Assembly (NCBI RefSeq): GCF_030028105.1
Contig: NC_092379.1
Location: forward strand, 9,136,272-9,200,271
Origin: Mobula birostris
Taxonomy: Eukaryota
Length of the DNA: 64,000 nt
Direction of reading: 5' to 3'
The notes under the pieces were generated by a model. That model searched no databases. It saw only the letters and a program-made list of their open reading frames with translations, and was not told where the DNA came from. The translations under genes and the position numbers were made by a program. Below, in pieces: positions 1 to 10,595 of the stretch. How positions within the stretch are numbered: position 1 is the stretch's first letter; each line of letters opens with the position of its first letter.

Positions 1-1125
1 GAACACATTTTACAAATAAATTAGTGCAGGGACTGAAGGAAGCATTGGAGATCCAGTGGAAATTGCATCGCCACTACCAGCTCTAGTCCTTAGGTACAGT
101 GGAAAGAATAAACGGAGAAATGAAAGCAGCTTTAACAAAACTTTGTCGGCAAAACGGCCTCAGGTGGCTGGAGGCATTATCCTTAGTAATGTAGACTCTG
201 CGAAACAAGAAGAATAGAAATTTAGGACTTACCCCTGATGAAACTTTGATGGGCAACCTATGACAGCAGGAACTAAGCCTCCCATGTACCCTGAAAAGGT
301 TGCGCCAATATGGAATGATGAAAAGACATTGAAATACGCACAAGCGTTGTGTCAGGAGGCAAGAAAATTCTATGACAAGGTCCGGCAAGCCCAGGATTTT
401 TACTGACGGTAACATGCATCCGTTTAAGCCGGGAGCTATAATATATGCGAGATCAATAAATAAAGGTTCTTTCTTTCCCATGTGGAAATGTCTCTACCTA
501 GTGTTGCTGGCACTTCGTACAGCTGTTAAGGTGAAGGTGAAACATGAAACTATAGAGGGATTCGCCCTTGGAAAAGTATTTGACTGGTGATCTCACAGAA
601 CAGAATGGCCTAGACTATGTTTCAGCCAGAGAAAGAGTGCATTAGTGGGAAAAGCATGCTGCGCCAACCTACCCGATGTTTCAGAAAATATGACCCATGT
701 GTTAGAGCATATGATCCAGCTGCGAGATGAATACATAGACTGAACTCTCAAGCCCCCACCCCCGCCCCAGAAGGCTGGGATTTACCTAGGTGGGTTAAAT
801 CAGCGTTAGGATATGGAATATTTCCTTGTTTACAGTCCCTCTTTTACGGGCTCATTGCCTTGATCTGCTTAGCGGTGGTCGATCATTGTCTCATACGACC
901 ATACCATCTCTGGGTCTGCGCCCCTCCCAATTCAAAACCAGAGGAGACGGTAGCATTATTCTATTGGCGATCTCACAACGCGGGAGAGGGGTAAGAAGAC
1001 GGAAGTTACTCTGAAGAGGAATGTTTAAGATTGCCTCCTTACCCAGTGAGTTATGAGTCATTCTTTCAGAAAGAAGGGAATACGAATATTTAGGTGTTCA
1101 TCAGAAAGATCCATAAGGAGGGATT
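1..1125 (+). mobile_element. Degenerate endogenous retrovirus, 3' internal part (integrase C-terminal half and env TM remnant)
   Basis: Interrupted translation gives GTVERINGEMKAALTKLCRQNGLRWLEAL..GLTPDETLMG (retroviral integrase core end) and LYLVLLALRTAVKVK (ORF 372-590, integrase C-terminus). An env-TM-like QNGLDYVSA..GKACC..LPD segment lies at ~600-700, and purine tract AAGGAGGGA sits just before 1126. Stops and frameshifts are present. Confidence 0.75.
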
Positions 1126-1617
1126 TGTGATAGAAATGGTTAAAACTGGTGTATGATGGGACTCTCGAGCAGCTGTACTTACGACTGCTGATGCGAATCG
1201 AGAATAAGCTTCGATGATATATGCAGTGCGAGGAATTCAGATAAAAAATACGAGACCCCTGTGATCAGGAGAAAGGATGCGTCTGGGAGTAAATTATGAG
1301 TCCTGATAACAGCGAACATAGAGAACTGTTAGACTCACAAGAGAACTGTTAGACTCACACTGACAGACAATTTACATATCTTTTCAGCGATTGATTATGT
1401 TTTGACTGTGGGATGCTAAACAAAGTTATGCGGAAGTTGTTTGCCGTGCTGTATCAATATAAGCTCCGTATAATCAAAACTTCAGAGCTCGGGTGGCGGT
1501 GGAGACTGCTGCAGTCTCTTCATGATATCTTAAAACGAAACTCGAAGTCACTCTGATGTTCTTAGTGTTTCCACCACAACAATAAACTTGACTTTGGCGT
1601 TGACAGTGATTATTCCA
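1126..1617 (+). mobile_element. 3' LTR of the ERV
   Basis: Begins TG directly after the polypurine tract, has AATAAA at 1581-1586 and ends CA at 1617. Contains a perfect 20-bp tandem duplication AGAGAACTGTTAGACTCACA (1320-1359). Confidence 0.65.
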
Positions 1618-1705
1618 TGAACTAAATGCAATGGGTTCTTTCGTTTTGCAATGTCAAAGACATCGTGTTCCACATTGCTGTTTCAATAGGCCAAGGATAG
1701 AATTC

Positions 1706-1955
1706 CCCAATTATATCCAGCCTCTGAGACTGCCGTTGTTTTCTCTGGACTATTGAGAAGCAGGATTACACAATATACATAATTATTGATGAAAAATATT
1801 TTCACATCAGCAGTTTTAAGAGGTTTGTTTCAATTAATGTATAGAGCATAAGAACCAATGATGCATTTCTAATAAGGTCCCTGGTGACTCATGTTAAGTA
1901 TAAATATAAGAAACTCTGAATGCAGTGTACTGTATGCTGAAAAATTTCAATAGCA
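1706..1955 (+). promoter_or_regulatory. Conserved proximal promoter of GPCR gene A
   Basis: Block homologous to the upstream regions of all other first exons (closest to 63690-63931). Contains CAATTA 1831-1836, TCCCTGGTGA 1878-1887 overlapping TGACTCA 1885-1891, and TATAAA 1899-1904. Confidence 0.65.
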
Positions 1956-2025
1956 ATGCATGGAGTTCCACGAATCTTGGGTTTGGCTATTTACTATTGC
2001 ATGATTGCAGTTATCGGCATTCCCG
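1956..2025 (+). CDS. GPR139/GPR142-like class A GPCR, gene A, exon 1 (MHGVPRILGLAIYYCMIAVIGIP+G)
   Basis: ATG at 1956, 23 codons + 1 nt, donor G|GTAAAG at 2025/2026. Splices in phase to AG|CT at 2688/2689 to give the TM1 motif GIPAN. Confidence 0.9.
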
Positions 2026-2688
2026 GTAAAGTACGAGTTTTGAGTTTGAATCTTCAAAATGTTGTGCGAATTGTATCACGGCTGTGTTTACAAGCATTTA
2101 TATTCTCTATCAACTATAGATATTCTTCCAAGAGTTTTAACTGTTTTCTCCCATTTGTAACGTTTTTTGAATACTTTATTCCTATTAATTTTTAATATAA
2201 TTTTAATACAAATTATTGCAATTAGTGATGAATGGTATTATTGCACGGTTTCTCTTCTACAGATGGACGTTTCAGAAAGATCCAAAATCATGATGGAATT
2301 CTTAATGGGGAATATTTTGTCAACTCACATCAAATGTCAAAGCAACAACATTTACCGTCACGTACAATTTTAGCTGTGAATTCCAGTTTTACCTCTTGGT
2401 AAAACACACAATTTCTAGAATAAAATTTACAACACAAACGAAAAACAAACTGTAAATTGAAATTTAATATAAATGACACGCAGAAAATACACAGCATATA
2501 AAATATAGAACATGCAAACACACAAACACATTCACCACACACAAATGCACACAGCACTCTCACATATAAACATACACACGCATATTGCCACACGCACGCT
2601 CTCACAAGCTCATTCACACTAGGTGAAGAATCAGACACATACAGCATTCGTAACCTGACCGCGCTCACTCTGTCTTCCTCTGTTTCAG

Positions 2689-3590
2689 CTAACTTCGTCG
2701 TGATTGGGGTGATGCTCCGCAGACGATGCGGTCTCTCCAGATGTATCACTGTCTACCTGCTGTCGATGGCTTTGACGGATGTCCTGGTCATTATCACGGG
2801 CGTGATATTAATCCGGATTGTTCCCATGAATTATCCGTCCACCTTCCTGAACTTCTCGCCCGGCTGCAATGTGAATGTCGCGGTAACTCACGCCGTAAGA
2901 GACTGCTCCGTCTGGGTGATGGTGATGTTCACCTTTGATCGTTTTGTGGCAATCTGCTGCCAAGAATTGAAAACGAAATATTCCACGGAACGAACGGCGG
3001 CAGTGGTGATCGGAACGGTTGTTGCCCTGAGCTGTTTCAAAAACATATTTAAGTATTTTATATATGAACCTTCATACAAAACTGAGTTAAAGCCTTGCAT
3101 ACTCAAAACAGCATTTTATACCCCGCCTGGCTGGATAGCATATGACTGGATTGACAGAATTTTAATCCCTTGTCTTCCACTGGTTCTAATATTGCTGTTC
3201 AACTTCATTACCATCAGTTTCATTGTTAGGGCCATGAGAATCCGCAGGCGACTCCAAAGCGGCGGGATCAGCGAGAGGCAGAATGACCCGGAGATGGACA
3301 GCCGCAGGAGGTCCATCGTCCTGCTCCTAAGTATCTCCGGTGTCTTCGTCCTCTTCTGGATAATGGCTCTGGCATCTTTCCTCTATGTTCGCATTGCCAG
3401 TGTCTCATACTTTTCGGGCTCCAATTTCAGTGAATCACATTTTCCGCTGGAAGAAAGTGGTTACGCTCTTCAGTTCCTATGTTCCTGCGCGAACCCCCTC
3501 ATTTATGCCTGGACACACAGTAAGATCAGAGACGAGATAAAACTGGCGCTGAAATATCCACTGACTCTGTTCAGAAAAATTGGTAAATAA
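2689..3590 (+). CDS. GPR139/GPR142-like class A GPCR, gene A, exon 2 (323-aa spliced product)
   Basis: Polypyrimidine tract + CAG acceptor. 7TM motifs: YLLSMALTD (TM2), DCSVWVMVMFTFDRFVAIC (TM3), PCLP (TM5), SIVLLLSISGVFVLFW (TM6), NPLIY and SKIRDEIK (TM7/H8). Open to TAA at 3590. Confidence 0.92.
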
Positions 3591-4019
3591 AAAAAATAAA
3601 CAATTTTTATTCTTGGGGATCAGTCCATGTTGCGAACCTTCTTCATCTAGTTTTCCATCATCTGGACACCCCAGTCGTAAAGCCAACAACATTATGTACA
3701 AGCACACATATGTGCAGGTGAAATGGATGTCTTGCTTGAAGCAGCATCAAACGTACGTAATATCAGATATGCAACATTCACACGGTAAATAAATTAAACA
3801 TACGGTTTGACACAAGAAAGAGTACATTAGAACGTTTTAGTTCAAAGTGATTCAAGTGGTCATAATGCTGGCAAACTATAGGGATGCTTGAACATGTAGC
3901 CGCGGACTTTTAGCCATCCGTATGCACATCCTGCCGATGACAAGAGCGAGGAGATGGTATGGCCTGGAGGGTGGTGATGTCTGATAATGGATGCTGCCTT
4001 CTTCAGGCAGCCGTCGAGT

Positions 4020-4540
4020 CAAGGGACCCCAGCGGTCAGACTTGAACATGGTTATTACTGTCTAGATACTCAAGCCTCGGCGGTACGTTATGGAGAGCAA
4101 CCTTTTGCCCATGTAGCAAGCTCCCCATCTCCACGCATCTGATGAACCCAAAGAAACGGCAGAGATCGATGCAGTTTGGTACCAGCAGCGTCACAGCAGT
4201 TACCAGTCAGCATTGAACTCAAAGAAAGACTGCTTTAGCGGACTTTTCACTCGGGGTTTACTTGCGAAGCCTTCCCCATGAGTTGGTATAGCCGCAAGGC
4301 GGTGGAGGTTTGAGAGTAGTGTTTTCCTTTTCCAAGATGAGCTGCTAACTACGGTTGTAGAGCCCCATATGCCCGAAGTGACTGGTTTTGAGGCAGTAAC
4401 CCGCCTTTGCCTCTTCTCCTCTCAGTCAAAAAGGTTCCTCCGAGATTAGTAACTAAGCCCTACGTGAAGGACAGGAACTAGACTTGGTTGTCAGAGGTTA
4501 TTTGAGACGCACGCCTTTAGAAGCATTTGATAGGTAGCGG
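4020..4540 (-). mobile_element. Interspersed repeat, probably the non-coding 5' part of an RTE-type retroposon
   Basis: Shares motifs (CAGTTTGG..CCAGC, GGGTTTACT..AGCCTTC..CCCA) with 43690-44045; no coding potential. Confidence 0.35.
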
Positions 4541-4929
4541 AAGCTTGTCCATCCACGATTACAATATCCTGAAGGAAACACCTACTGTAGATACTACCAA
4601 TGCGGTGATGGGATGTGTCATTGATGTATTGGACGGAGTCCACTGCACTCTGCAGATTCTGGTATTGCTGTACATTAAAATTGGCGCAGCAGATCATGAC
4701 ACATCCAGTCTCATTACCGGTACTGAAAATATTTCTGCCCTAGATTATCCTCGGACTGTGGTTTTGGTTGATGTAAAAGACCAAATTCACTGTATGCCTG
4801 GATGTGCCAATGTACATGTGTCAAATAAAGCTAATCTTACATTTATTTTATAAAATACTAGATGCTTGTCCATCAAGAGCCCACTTATATTAATCGCCTT
4901 TTTATTCTCTCCAAGCTCCATAATCCCCC

Positions 4930-5110
4930 CAGATTCAACCATACAGCTACATATCAAGGGCCATTTCGTGGCAAAGCATCGTACCGACTTCCACATGTTT
5001 GTAGTGTGGGTGGAAACCCATGTAATGACATAGAAAACGAGAAGCTTCCACACAGACAGCACTTGAGTTCAGGATCAAACCTGGTTCTTTGAATTTGCTG
5101 TCCGAATGTT
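4930..5110 (-). mobile_element. Degenerate tRNA-derived SINE (V-SINE/HE1-like core)
   Basis: TGTGGG..GGAAACC..CACACAGACAGCAC..CAGGATC(G/A)AACC pattern, repeated at ~16630-16810, 26830-27060, 37330-37500 and, on the opposite strand, 39370-39570. Confidence 0.5.
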
Positions 5111-6159
5111 CCGTCCACTTGAAACATTATACAGTAGATGAATCAGACTACAGCGGTAAAAACTACAGGCTGGCACAATGTGAGAATGTGCGTGGTTGGT
5201 TGTTCCATATTTCACTGCACACAGAATTAACCCTGTACTTTTCTGTCCCTTTCATGCAGAATGAAAGTCAACTCCAGCAGTTCTGCCATCACAGAATCAG
5301 AATATATAGACCTGCAGTATTCGCCATCTTCTGAGTCTCTACAATCCCTGTCTATTTAACCATCTTGCGTTTTACACCTGATCCTATTTGAAAGATAATT
5401 AATTTTTTGTAATCTTCCTTCTAATATCTCATTTGTTGCACAGCACTGTAAGTCCCACGCTTGGCTGACTGTCCAAAATACATCACCTTTCATTATCTCA
5501 GTGGGCACCCATTCACCATTCCTTATTCTCTCTAATGGTTGCAATTCTTTGTAACATACATTCATATCTAAATCATTTACAAAAACAATGATTTCATATA
5601 TTAATCCATCGCTGAATTTTCTCATCCCTCTTTTCCTGCCTTCCACTTGCAATTCTTAAACCCCTTACCGATCTGAACAAAAAATAGCACGTCTGCCTTA
5701 AATACACCCAATATAACTTGGTCTACTTAATTATTTGGCAACGAATTCCTCAGAATCACAACATCTGTTTGAAATTAACATCCTTTCCTGCTATCCATTT
5801 CTTTCATATCCGGTACATTTCAATGCGATATTTCGACTCTTTCGACTCCATCGAAAACAGATCCAGAAAGATCAAACGATCTCACAGGGTAAACCTCTCA
5901 TTCCTGGAATAATTCTTGGCAACTTCCTCTGGACGTTCTCCAGGTCCAGCACATCCTTCTTCGATATGCTACTCAAAATTGCACACAATGTCTGACCAAA
6001 ACCTTATAAAATCTCTAAAGTCCGCCCTTGCTTTTAAGTTTGAGTCATCCCGAAATAAACGGAAGATATCCACTCATCTTCCTTTTATCCAATCATCCTT
6101 CAAATGAAAAACTTCAGGAAAACCAGCATTAGCACACCAAGACGAGAAACTCTGCACAT

Positions 6160-6830
6160 GTGGGTACCCATGAAACGCACAGAATATGCTGGAGGAACTC
6201 AGAAACCCAGGAAGCCCTGGTAAAGAGTTATTAGTGGACGATTCGGGACAAGACCCTTCATTAGGACTGGAAAAAAAAAATAAGAAATTAGAGCAAGTGG
6301 GTAGAAGGGGAGGAAGAAGTAAAAGGCGGTAAGTGATAGGTGAAACCGGGAGACGGTGAGAGGTAAAGTAAAGAGATAAATGGCTGGAGAAAGGAGGAAT
6401 CTGGTAGGAGAGGGCAAAGGACCAAGGAAGAAAGGCAAGCGGTAGGAACACGGGAAATAGGTGATGAACAGGCAAGGAGATAGTTTGAGAGAGCGAAACC
6501 GGAATGGGGATGGTGAAGAGGAGTGGGCCAAGGAAGAGGAAGTCATTAAATACATCCAAAGCGTAGTGATGATGATGGGCTGGTACTTAGTGGGGTCTTG
6601 CTCGAGATGTAAGTAACAGAAAGCCTCTGAGAGTTCTCGCTTGGCCTCAGCAAAGTAGAGATCAGTAGAGTCCGCCAGACTACTACAGCATCCTCTTTAC
6701 CTGCGGGTTTGATGGTGAGATTAGGATTATAATGGAGAGAGTGGGGAGGATTGTGTTCGGATGTAGTTAAATTGGAATTGGAGAGAGGCCTTTGACACAG
6801 GCCCACATGGGAAGTTGATTAAGAAAGGCT
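6160..6830 (-). mobile_element. Penelope-like element fragment (terminal repeat plus RT remnant)
   Basis: Same terminal repeat family as 52718-53590, with a degenerate hammerhead at ~6233-6268. ORF 6546-6806 has TIKPAGKEDAVVVW (PLE IKPADKG.AVVVW motif). Confidence 0.65.
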
Positions 6831-7425
6831 AACCTTTTGTCATTCAAGATGAGGTAAATTTGAATGGACATTAATTTCAGGGGAATCCAGAGGGTCATGG
6901 TATATGGTTACTTTGTTGACTGGAGGACTTTGACTAGTCGTGTGCTGTAGGGTTCAATGGTGTCCTCGTTGTTATTTGGTCATCGATATCAATGATCTGG
7001 ATGATAATGTATTAAGCTGCGGGTGTATTGAGAAAGGGGTTGTAGTGGACAACGAGTAAGTCTAGAAAAGTTTTCGGGGGGACCTGGAACAGCTGGAAAA
7101 TTGGCTAAACTGGCAGATGAAATTTAATGCATTTAATGCAACGTGCACGAGGTGTTGCACATTGTGAGAACAATCCACGGTTGGACTTAAATGGTGAATT
7201 ATGGGGCACTGCGGGGTGCATTTCAACAGAGGGATCTGGAAATACAGATCCAGGATCTTCGAAAGTGGGGGCATTACAGTTAGGTAGGGTCGTAAGGCAA
7301 GTTTTTTTTGGCACATTGGCCTTCGTAGATCAAAGTATTAATTAAAAGAGCAGGGGTGTTAGGTTGAAGTTGATTCATAGGTCTGTCGTGTCTAATTTGG
7401 AGTATTATGTGCAGTTGTGGTCACC
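6830..7425 (+). mobile_element. Degenerate CR1 LINE RT fragment, split by the Gypsy insertion (continues ~14092-14570)
   Basis: CR1 motifs (WQMKFN..C.VLH, LEYYVQLWSP). The sequence resumes with GGAAAGATG after the LTR end at 14091. Confidence 0.65.
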
Positions 7426-8283
7426 TGTCAGTGAGTATAGATAAAGCCTGACCCAAACGCAGCGCAGGAGAGGTGATTTAACAGTAAGTGATCACTTTAA
7501 CAACAAACTGCAAAATAACAAGCCACAAAAGAATCACGGAACAAGAGAGGACAGATAACTGAACACAAGGCAGCAGGGTATCTGAAGGCTAGGAGCAGTT
7601 GGGTGAGGTCGCTGTTTCGATCGATGAACAAGGGCTGTATCTGACAAATTGGCTTAAATGGGTTTAAGTGGGCTGCAGGCAATGTATGAGACTAGTGGCG
7701 GCTAGATGGAGACTGGGAAGTTCCCGTCTGTATATGATAGTTAGATGCTCTCACCGCACCCTCCCCACCAGCCCTCGCGGGGTCACCTGACGGCCCGGGA
7801 CAATCCGTAAGGGTCTGGTGGAACTCCTCCATGAGGGATGTATCTAAGATGAATAGTAGCCAAGACTTCCCCTTTGGGCCGTACCCTTCAATGACGACCT
7901 GAATACCTTCACCAGCAAACAAAGTAGACTGGGCCATATTCCACTATCCTTTGTTCCGGAGGTGCAGACTCACGTGCGTTGAGTGGTCCATGGACAACGG
8001 GCTTGGGCAGGATCCTAAGGGTCAGTGGAAACTGCATACGGGAAGTGACTGGATTGATGCGACCAGTAATCTTAAAGGGACCGAGGAACGGGGCGATAAC
8101 TTGCGGAAGTCGGTGCGTAAGGTCAGATTTCGAATGGGCAGCCAAACACTCCAGGCGGCAACCGGCGCTGTTAGCAGCTAGATCGCCCTCCCTGCACTCT
8201 TCCAAGCATTCGGATTGGTTAATTTTGCTTTCGCGGAAGGGATCTCCACCTTCGATTCAGCTTAGTTGAACTGTCGAGACAGG

Positions 8284-8317
8284 GTCCTGACGAAGGGTCT
8301 CAGCCTGAAACGTCGAC
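8284..8317 (+). ncRNA. Minimal type I hammerhead ribozyme motif in a short Penelope-derived insertion
   Basis: GTC-CTGACGA-AGG(GTCTCAG)CCT-GAAA-C-GTC-GAC: intact core, stem II AGG/CCT, stem I GTC/GAC, GUC cleavage triplet. Confidence 0.7.
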
Positions 8318-8415
8318 TGCACCTCTTCCTACAGATGCTGCCTGGCCTGCTGCGTTCACCAGCAACTTTGATGTGTGTTGCTTGAATTTCCAGCATCTGC
8401 AGAATTCCTGTTGTT
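8286..8415 (+). mobile_element. 130-bp Penelope terminal-repeat insertion
   Basis: Near-identical to the 3' end of 53455-53590. Flanked by the perfect 14-bp direct repeat TGTCGAGACAGGGT (8272-8285, 8416-8429). Confidence 0.8.
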
Positions 8416-9819
8416 TGTCGAGACAGGGTGTCCGCTTTAGTGTACTTACAGCTTGGTCGGTAAGAGATAACGAAGATGGATTCTTCTAAGAAGAGAGCCC
8501 AGCGAGAGTGGCGTATTGACGGGTCTGCTGTCTGGATACGAAGCTTCAATTGTCAGTTTGGGTCAGGAAGGAACCGATGATCACATGGTTCTCAATTCCT
8601 CTAGGCTCTAAAGCCCAATTGTCGTCGTCTCCTTCACAAATGTCGGAACTGATATGGTGAAGAAGACCAAAGCCCGAGTCTTCCACTTCGGAAGAGGCTA
8701 GGCTCGGCTCTCTCGTAAATTATATCCAACTTTAGCGCAAAAAGTCCAAAGAGGCTCAGATGGCGGATAATGAGAGCAGTCGTGAAGCATTTCTTGAAAT
8801 TTTGGAAAGCGGGGTGGACTAGGTTATGCTGAGGTAGGTGATTTGGTGAAGGCAATGAAAAAGCGGCATTTTGGTTGTAGTTCCTGGCAAAAACGGCGAT
8901 CGAAGTTGGGGAAGCACCTGCAAGGAGCGCAGTCGCGGTCATACAAAGACAGTCCGCAATTTCACTGGGTTCATGGTTATGCCCTGGACGTGAACCAGAA
9001 AGGAAATAACAGGGGTGTAGGGCTGGTATCTTTCTAACTTGAAGTCGAGTTATTTTCCGTAGAGGCGCCGAAGGAGTGAATGGGGTGTGACAGATGTTAT
9101 TTTGGGAACACTTGGAGATGATGAGAATGTTGTCGGGGTAGACGAACACAAAAATGTGTGCCAAGTTGCGGATGATCTCTTTGATGAAGAGAAAAACAGC
9201 TGTACTGTTGGAAGTTCTAAATGACGTCAACAAGTAATCGTAGTGGCCAGTTGGTGGTATGAGCCCTGACCTTCACTTATCTTCCTGACGAATGTGGATG
9301 AGCTTATACGCGCTCCGTAGATTCATTTTGGTGAAGATCTTTGCCTCACTGCGTGATTCAAATGAGCTATCCTTCAAGGTGAGGGGGTAACAGTTCTTAT
9401 TTGTTATTTTATAGAGTCAGAGCTTCAGCGATGTAGTTATTCATAGCTTGGGTCTCAGGTGGGGAGAGGCAGTGCCCGCGGGGTAGTCGATCGCGCAGTC
9501 ATGATCTGCAGGGTGCTGACTTCCATTTTACTGAAGGCGATGGCTAATTGGTGGCATTCTTGTGTTAATTCTGAGTTAGTTCCAGGGCTTGGTCCATCTG
9601 TTTGGATTTTTGGGATCAAGTCAACTGAAGTTTCAGTCAGGTGATCCAGCAGGTGGGTTCCCAACTAAGCAGTGAACAGGACGACTAGGGTAGTGAGGGT
9701 CGTGACGGAAAGCCCAGGGTAACCTGAGATGAGAGGACCGTCCGATGAGTCAAAAGGAGCAATTGGATAGTCTCGCCGTGCTCATGTGCAGACTCTCTTT
9801 CCATTCTAAACCCCAAGGT

Positions 9820-10595
9820 TATAAAGATAGCGACAGAGGGCGAATTCTTCCAGTTCATCTGCCAAACAATTTAAATTCTTCTCTTTGGTGTCCATTCCTT
9901 CCTTTTCAAAGTAGCTGGGTTTATGTCGGAGTCCATGATCTACAGCCGCATTCAAACTGCGGTTCTTCACGGCGGTGGTTTCACGATCTGGGAGCTCGCC
10001 GAGCGGCCGATCATTTTCGATATCTCCAGGCGACGTGCACCTTCGGGGGTGCGGCCCTGCGGCCCTATGGACGAGTCGGTTAATCGGCCGTACCGCCGAC
10101 TAAAGCGTCAGAGGAGATCGAAATTCCAGACAGCAGTGTACGCTGCTCTCGACGTAAACGACGCTCCAAATTGTAACATCGAAACTCGGGAGACCGACCG
10201 AATTGTTGGTCTCCTCTCTCGGCAGATTTACCTCTTTCTCCCTCGTTAGCGACAGAGAGAGCATGTTTGATGTCAACGGGATGAAACGTCTACTTTTGAT
10301 GGACTCTAAATCATGGTCTCTCTGGAGAGTTTGCTCGATTGCATGGCGGGTGTTATGATTTTGCCGAGTCAGGCGAGGGAAGGGGAGTGGATGATTTAAT
10401 ACTCTGCTATACTCTGCTGCTACTTTTGCGTGCTGGGGGGAGGTGAATGGGAGCTTAGAGGGTTCTATCATTTTTTCCGTCGTTCATTCTTTGGGATTTT
10501 TCTTCTGTTTCAATTTAAAATTTCAAGCAAAATATTCAGGGTATATAGTTTATACATTCTCTGATATTAAATGGAACCATTGAACCAAATGAATC
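9820..10595 (+). mobile_element. Non-coding interspersed retroposon (AAGAT(G/A)GCG-headed family) nested in Gypsy copy 1
   Basis: Homologous to 16900-17760 and 54356-54935; shared 3' end GATATTAAA..GGAACCATTGAA. Confidence 0.55.

Noticed and set aside
2689-3590. Calling the receptors canonical OR, TAAR or V1R genes, or the true GPR139 ortholog
   Set aside because: No MAYDRYVAIC/PMYFFL/KAFSTC OR motifs and no TAAR signature. The SVW.TV.FTFDR pattern fits the GPR139/142-like group, but the copies are too divergent and numerous for a 1:1 symbol.
4139-4160. CTGATGA..GAAAC as a hammerhead ribozyme
   Set aside because: The intervening ACCCAAA cannot form stem II and no NUH/stem I follows.
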